Origin: Bugula neritina
Lineage: Eukaryota; Animalia; Bryozoa
Assembly: GCA_964035545.1 (NCBI GenBank)
Contig: OZ037768.1
Span: forward strand, 21,981,319 to 22,045,318
DNA length: 64,000 nucleotides
Direction of reading: 5' to 3'
The position numbers and the translations under genes were made by a program. Below the pieces are notes generated by a model, which saw only the letters and a list, made by a program, of their open reading frames with translations, searched no databases and was not told the DNA's origin. Each line of letters starts with the position of its first letter. The first letter of the stretch is position 1. This document shows, one piece after another, positions 57,787 to 64,000 of the stretch.

Positions 57787-60700
57787 ATGAAAGCTGTTGT
57801 ACTCTGTTTAGCGGTTTCATTCTCTACTCTGGTGCTGGTTTCTGAGTCGGCAACCACACGGTTGACCTACTCAAGGTGGATCAACTTACTCCGGTACGCT
57901 CACTCTAGCCTGCAAAGGGATCCAACCGCTGTCGAGGATCGGCAATATAATCGGACTGATCATGTTCAACTCATTGCTGACTCTATTCTCAAGCATTTCT
58001 TCAATGATATCTTCACCCGTAAGTCATGTTTTAATATTATTTTAATAACACTCAATTCAAATTATATTTTGGGAGAAATTATTTGTTTTGTTTAGTGATT
58101 TAAGATGTTTTGTTATTCAAGTAAATGTAAATTTATAATAAAAAAAATACATGTAATACATATCTTAGTCTTTTTACATCATCTTTTGCTCTCCCTCCTT
58201 AAAATCTTTGCATTCTAACTTTGTCAGCTTTTTGAAGCATCACAGCATTCACTTCAGTCACATACCTTTCATATACTATTATTATACTATTAGTAAATAT
58301 TAGTGTAATATATTTTATATTGTATTCTAATATATTTAGTTACACAACTTTTACATGCTGCTACTATACTATATTATATTATATCGTATTTATATTGTAT
58401 TACATTACCTTAATAAATTATTGTAAAGGGTTTGTCATAAATCTGGTACAACTATGAACGTAGTAACACATTTTAAAATTTATTATTGTTTTGGTTTTGG
58501 CAAAGTATTGTTTTACCTGTTTTTATTTTTAGCTTCGTTCACGGAGGATGGAGAGCTGGTGCACAACTACGATCGAGTGCCAGTGGATTTCCTCATCATG
58601 CTGGACAGCAGCGCCAGTATCGGCTCAGAAAACTTCCTCAAAGCACTCCAAGTCTTGTCTGTAAGCAGTTATTTCTCAGATCGCAGTTTTCTACTGGTCA
58701 CGTACGCGCTCATCTAAATATAGTAGCACGGTTCCTATTGGCTGCTGATGGTTATGTTTATGGCGGTTTCAACTGCTAGCCAATAATGTGTTTCCGCGGT
58801 CAATAATTGACAAGCACGGTATGTTCGGAGTGTGCACTTTTCTGCAATGGATACAGAAGCTGCAGAAACACCACTGAAATTCCTACACAGAACCAACTCT
58901 ACCAAACATTAGCTTTTTGTAAATATGTGGCCACTTGTCATCTAGTATAATTGATTAATCTATTAAGGCAGAGGCATCTATCTAATTATAAAATTATTAA
59001 GTACTTTACTGAGCAAATTTGATACTAGACGATAACTTGTTAAAGTTTTGTATTTTTGTGTTGGGAGTGTCTCGCAACCTTGCGGTGTGATATGTAGAGT
59101 GGAGGTTTCTCTCGTTGGCGTAGAGTTGGAGTCGCACGTTGTAGTGTCGGTGGAATGTGTAGTGTGGACTAGCACTGTACAACTGTGCTCAGTTCTGTAT
59201 AATAGAAGATAGACATAGAGAGAGTATCATTATATATCAGTTCAGACCAAATGAGCAGCTTATAAGATTCTGTACCATTGCAAACTGACATTTATATGTT
59301 TACTACTGATAAGGGTCAATGTTCTATTCTATTGATATGAGTAAACGTTTTCTCTAATACTCTGTATAATATATATATGTGTAACCATTCTGTAATATAT
59401 TTTATAGACATGGTGACTAAAAACCCTACAATATATTTTATAAACACCCTGCAATATATTCTATAAACAGTCTATAATACATTCTATAGACATGGGTAAA
59501 ACACCTTACAATATATTCTATAAACATTCTATTCTAAAGACATGGATAGATATCCTCGATGAAGAGGATTTCTCCTCTGACCAGCTGAGGGTGAGCATGG
59601 TGAGCTTCTCTGAGCCGGACCAGGTGATACACGAGTTCGCCTTCTCTCCCGCCCTCAACAAGTCTTCTGTCATCAGCTACATCAACAGCACTGAGTACCA
59701 CGGTATGCAGCACAAGGCATCATAATGCGATTTTATATTGTATTATATTATATTGCATTATATTATATTGCATTGTATTATATTATATTGTATTATATTA
59801 TATTGTATTACATTATATTATTTTTAGCCCTGACTATTCTGTTACTATTTGCTAGCAAATTACTCATCTGACATCATAGTGCATAGTACCACCAGTGTTA
59901 ATAGACCAACTGTCACGTTTCACCACAAATTCACTCATTTTTATTGCTGCAGTTGTTTTTTATGTAAATGTACTTTTCTGTCTGCATAATAGATTTATTT
60001 GTTAATTTGGAAAACATTTAGGTATTTATGGCTAAATTGTGTTCAATTGAAAAATTGCAACTATGAGTAGTCAAGGAAGTGATGGTTGTTAACCAAGCAT
60101 ATTCATGGCTTACTAGTAAATCAACTACCAGATTGTGTTAGTAGCAGCTTTATGGATTGACTGTAGAGAGGGGCAAGTCTCGTTGCGGGGGGGGGGGGGG
60201 GGGATGGGGGACCTATCATCTGTTAAATGTATTACCTTTGATTTGTGTTGGTGTAGCTCATTGAAGCCTGTGGGGTGGTGTTTGAGTTTTTAGAATAATT
60301 AGTTTGCTAGGTGCCCTGGTTTTCAAATTCAGAAAAATACAGATATTTATCAATTTTTTCATGAGGCACTAATAGCGTATGTCTCAGGTGGAAGCTTTCA
60401 GCTGCTGTCTATGCACTCAATGCCATGCGCTGTTCAGTGTTTCCATGTTTGGAAATAGCGCCAGCGGGCTATATATAGTAACTCCGCGGAGGTGGGGTTG
60501 GCGTAAACTCTGGTATGAGATTAGCTCGTCTTTCCTTATTAGAAAGCTGTTTGAGAAATAGTAAGAATGATCATTCAGATTGTAAAAGTCTACTGAACAT
60601 GCACTGTGCACTCATCGTTTGTGTCTGTGCAACCATCAACCGTGATGTGGCCCAGTAAAAGTGTAAAATACTATTAATAATATTTTAATCGCTATTATAA

Positions 60701-62871
60701 ATATCATATTAAAAAATATGCTTTTCCTGCTTTCTCCTATAGAAATCAATGCTTGGAGGCCCGCGGGACCACCTTGTATATTTATCACACACGATTCATC
60801 CATTATTCGGCCATTAATGTCATTGACTTGGAATACGGTATTTATTGATGCAGCGATCACATGACCTTGGTTACGTAGCTAGTGTCACTTTCACTTAGAC
60901 ACTTGTCTCTGTTCTATATATCTATCGTTTTGTTGTGGTTTGTTAACCTACGAATTAAAAAATATGTATATTTTTTGAAATATATAGCCCTCACTTTAGA
61001 CAGCATAATACAGTTTTTTAAAGTTCTTCGTATCTCAAATGCCTTTCAGGCAAATTTGATGTCATAAATTGTTATGAAGAACAGTCCACTGAAATACTTA
61101 CAATTTTTGTTGTAAAGCTAGAATAAAATTTTGTATCACTTTGTGTGAAATTTCGTTGCAAACAGAAGTTAAAATATTTACAGTTATATTTCAGAATGAC
61201 TCTGGAAGTCAAATTATTTACTTTATTTTCACAGCCGGAAGTTCTACCTCCACGGCTCAGGCTCTCTGGTTGGCTGACACGATATTCAGTAAACACACCA
61301 GGCCAGATGCTGCCAAGGTCATGTTAATGGCAACCGATGGATGGTCACATGATGTTCTTGAACTTCCTTTCGGAGTTCTTTGGCCTGCAGTTCGCCTACG
61401 AAAACTACATGGTAAGTTTATACTCTTACCTAACTACGTACTTACTTCTCTACTTATGTACTCACTTACTTCTCTACTTATGTACTTACTTACTTCTTTA
61501 CTTATGTACTTACTTCTCTACTTGCGTACTTACTTACTTATCTATTTACATACCTACCTACCTAATTATTCGCTTACTCTTATAAAATTTAGCAGGAGTA
61601 GTAACCCAGTATAAATATGCATATAAAACAGTTAATATGATCACCCATTATTTGTTTCATGTATCAATTCATGCTATATGCCTGTTGCATGTTGAAGAAT
61701 GAAGTTAAATTTATGTTGAAATTTTATGGTTAGATACAAATTGTTGATGAAATTTTGACCTTGGAAGGTTGATATATGCCCTTTTCTCTTCCTAACCTTT
61801 TTTCCAACGATGCCGCTTTGAGACCTACAATTCAAGTATAATACAAATCAGATTTTAGTCTGGTCTAACAGTGAAATCATCAACTCTCTTGGGGTTTGAT
61901 CTTTTTCTAGGAAGGGCAATTAACCACAAATGTTAGAGCTATGCCTCAGCAATGTAGTCTAGTTTCTAACAGTGTTCAGGCACACTCCGATACCCCCCAC
62001 CCAAGAAAAAATTATTTGTATAAAGTTGCCCAAAGGCTCTCAGTTGTTTTATTCAATACCATCAGTTTCTCTGCACACCAATAAGCGTATAAAATTCTCT
62101 TGACAGTAATGCATATAATTGAAGATTCTAAGGCTAACTGCAGTTGTACTGCGCATGTCTAGGCTAGCCTTAGCTCTCCTGATTGTGAGCCCCTTTCACT
62201 TGCAAGTCACAAAGTCGGTGACATTCAGTGAATGCTGACCCGGGCCAGTCACTGTTTTTATTAGATTAGATACAAGAGGTCTGAGGCTTAAAATAGAAGG
62301 CAATTAGACTGAGATCTCTTGTGAAAGAGGCAGTGTAGGAAGGGCTTCTTCCTACATCATTGCCAGATCTGTAAAGTTCTGTCTTGTAATATTGTATTAT
62401 TGTAATACAGTATTACAGCTGTAATATTGTAATACAGTATGTAATACAGTATTACAGCTGTAATATTGTAATACAGTATGTAATACAGTATTACAGCTGT
62501 AATATTGTAATACAGTATGTAATACAGTATTACAGCTGTAATTTATATGCAGTCATTCTTACATTTTAATTAGTATAACTCACTTTACAAATAGACATCT
62601 TGTTCCCAGATATTAGCTAAAACCCTTTGATCAGTATGTAAATTAAATTCCCTTATTAGCTAAGGTTACTCTCAATAACCCAATATTCTATTCTCTCTCT
62701 CCTTCAGGTGTCCAGGTATTCACTCTGGGCATTGGGGACAAGATAAATCACAACGAGCTGGAGGCCATTTGCTCTAAGCCTATCGCCAACCATCTCTTTG
62801 AGGTCGATGATTACGACATGATGTTAGAGGTTCTTGAGAAGGTCAAGGAAAATCAAATTTTTCCATTCTAG
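57787..62871 (+). CDS. Secreted single von Willebrand factor A (vWA) domain protein, 287 aa, matrilin/collagen-VI-type domain
   Basis: Exons 57787-58018, 58533-58660, 59540-59702, 61235-61411, 62708-62871 (TAG); phases match; 864 nt. Signal peptide MKAVVLCLAVSFSTLVLVSES; MIDAS motif DFLIMLDSSAS (DxSxS), plus GSSTST, MLMATDG and VFTLGIG...ELEAICS. The last exon could instead splice onward at AAG|GTCAAG. Confidence 0.88.
61439..61565. repeat. TACT/ACTTAC low-complexity repeat after vWA exon 4 donor
   Basis: 24-nt periodic ACTTACTTCTCTACTTATGTACT(C/T) units. Confidence 0.85.
62386..62543. repeat. 39-nt minisatellite (GTAATACAGTATTACAGCTGTAATATT...)
   Basis: Directly visible. Confidence 0.9.
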
Positions 62872-63460
62872 TTCTAGCAGCTGGCAACTAACTCTGTTTT
62901 ATTTGTTATTTCTTTATGATAAACTTTTTGTGTGTTGATTATTGGAATCTGTAAGCCTACGGTGCAGCTCTGTTGGCAAGAGTTTCAAATTTTACTGATA
63001 TTTTTCAAGAAATCTATAACTACATGACATAGAGTAGCAAAGTTTTTATTTTTTGCTGAAATTTAAATACAATTCTATAAATGATATAATATCTTTAAAG
63101 TTTTTATAAATATTTTTACCTCTGCAAATTGTTCAGTATGCTCCTTGCAGTTTTCTTTATTGTCTTGTCTTCAAAAGTGTTGATTCACTCTTTGAGTATT
63201 TCAACTTGCAGTTGAATGCAATCCTTCTTTGAAAATTCAATATCAAATATACTAAAAGTGTAATAATTCACCAGTATTATTATATCTATCACACAAACAT
63301 ACAACTGTATGCAAACCATTGTACAGCATCATGTACCAATATTGGTATGCCTATGTAGATGTATAAGAGGAACTTCAGTATGATCTGCCAGATGATCATA
63401 GTTTTGCTAATCTATTGTCAAATTAAAATATAGTATAATTTCCATAAAAAAAAGTTATCA

Positions 63461-63757
63461 CAACATACACACTGTCCTTGTAGCAACATTCACAATGTCC
63501 TTGTAGCAACATACTCATTGTCCTTGCAGCAACATACACATTGTCCTTGTAGCAACATACACAATGTCCTTGTAGCAACATACACAATGTCCTTGTAGCA
63601 ACATACACACTGTCCTTGTAGCAACATACACAATGTCCTTGTAGCAACATACACAATGTCCTTGTAGCAACATACGCATTATTCTTGTAGCAACATACAC
63701 AATGTCCTTGTAGCAACATATACACTGTCCTTGTAGCAACATACACACTGTCCTTGC
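63461..63757. repeat. 23-nt minisatellite x~13 (CAACATACACAATGTCCTTGTAG)
   Basis: Directly visible; explains ORFs 63423-63806 and 63515-63760. Confidence 0.95.
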
Positions 63758-64000
63758 CATATATGCATCTTTTCAAGAAGTAGGAAAACAATGTTCCAAG
63801 TATCATTGCCTGCGGGCATATTCATCAGTTTACCAGGTCTTAGTCTACTTTGATTTGTTGGTCAACTTGTGAATAGATAGATGACATGCCAAGTTGTCTT
63901 GGTTAAATTCAATACATGTTACTGTGTAAAACATTACAAAAGGAATTGAAACGTTGACTGCGATATTCCCTGATTACCCGATGGTCTAATTCAGGTATTT

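Noticed and set aside
60187-60210. Poly-G run as a functional G-quadruplex
   Set aside because: Simple intronic homopolymer with no other support; length is error-prone.
63423-63806. Cys-rich repeat ORFs (GHCVCCYKD)
   Set aside because: A 23-nt repeat cycling through frames; no splice or codon support for a metallothionein-like gene.

Overview
AT-rich, intron-rich animal genomic DNA (invertebrate-like; taxon cannot be determined from sequence alone). Splicing the exons by hand gives three phase-consistent genes. (1) A complete 9-exon, 453-aa divergent alpha-tubulin (minus, 10303-16128) with K40 replaced by D and a Glu-poor tail ending DDEY. (2) A ~49-exon, ~2,559-aa uncharacterised protein (minus, 16843-54682) with a degenerate N-terminal EF-hand-like region, five ~370-410-aa helical repeats and a coiled-coil tail; it ends only ~715 nt upstream of the tubulin ATG on the same strand. 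(3) A 5-exon, 287-aa secreted single-vWA protein (plus, 57787-62871), head-to-head with gene 2. A weak fourth gene may lie at 90-4241 (minus). Introns hold a tRNA-derived SINE family, two MITE families, a tRNA-like element and many micro/minisatellites. The most unusual structure is that many minisatellites are anchored on exon-intron junctions and copy the splice site itself, either as direct decoy donor/acceptor arrays (those traced give premature stops or frameshifts) or as inverted, U1-like antisense copies. Both minus-strand genes have a splice acceptor 1-5 nt before the ATG, which together with the tight spacing suggests possible trans-splicing or operon-like expression. All models are manual; no database search was run.
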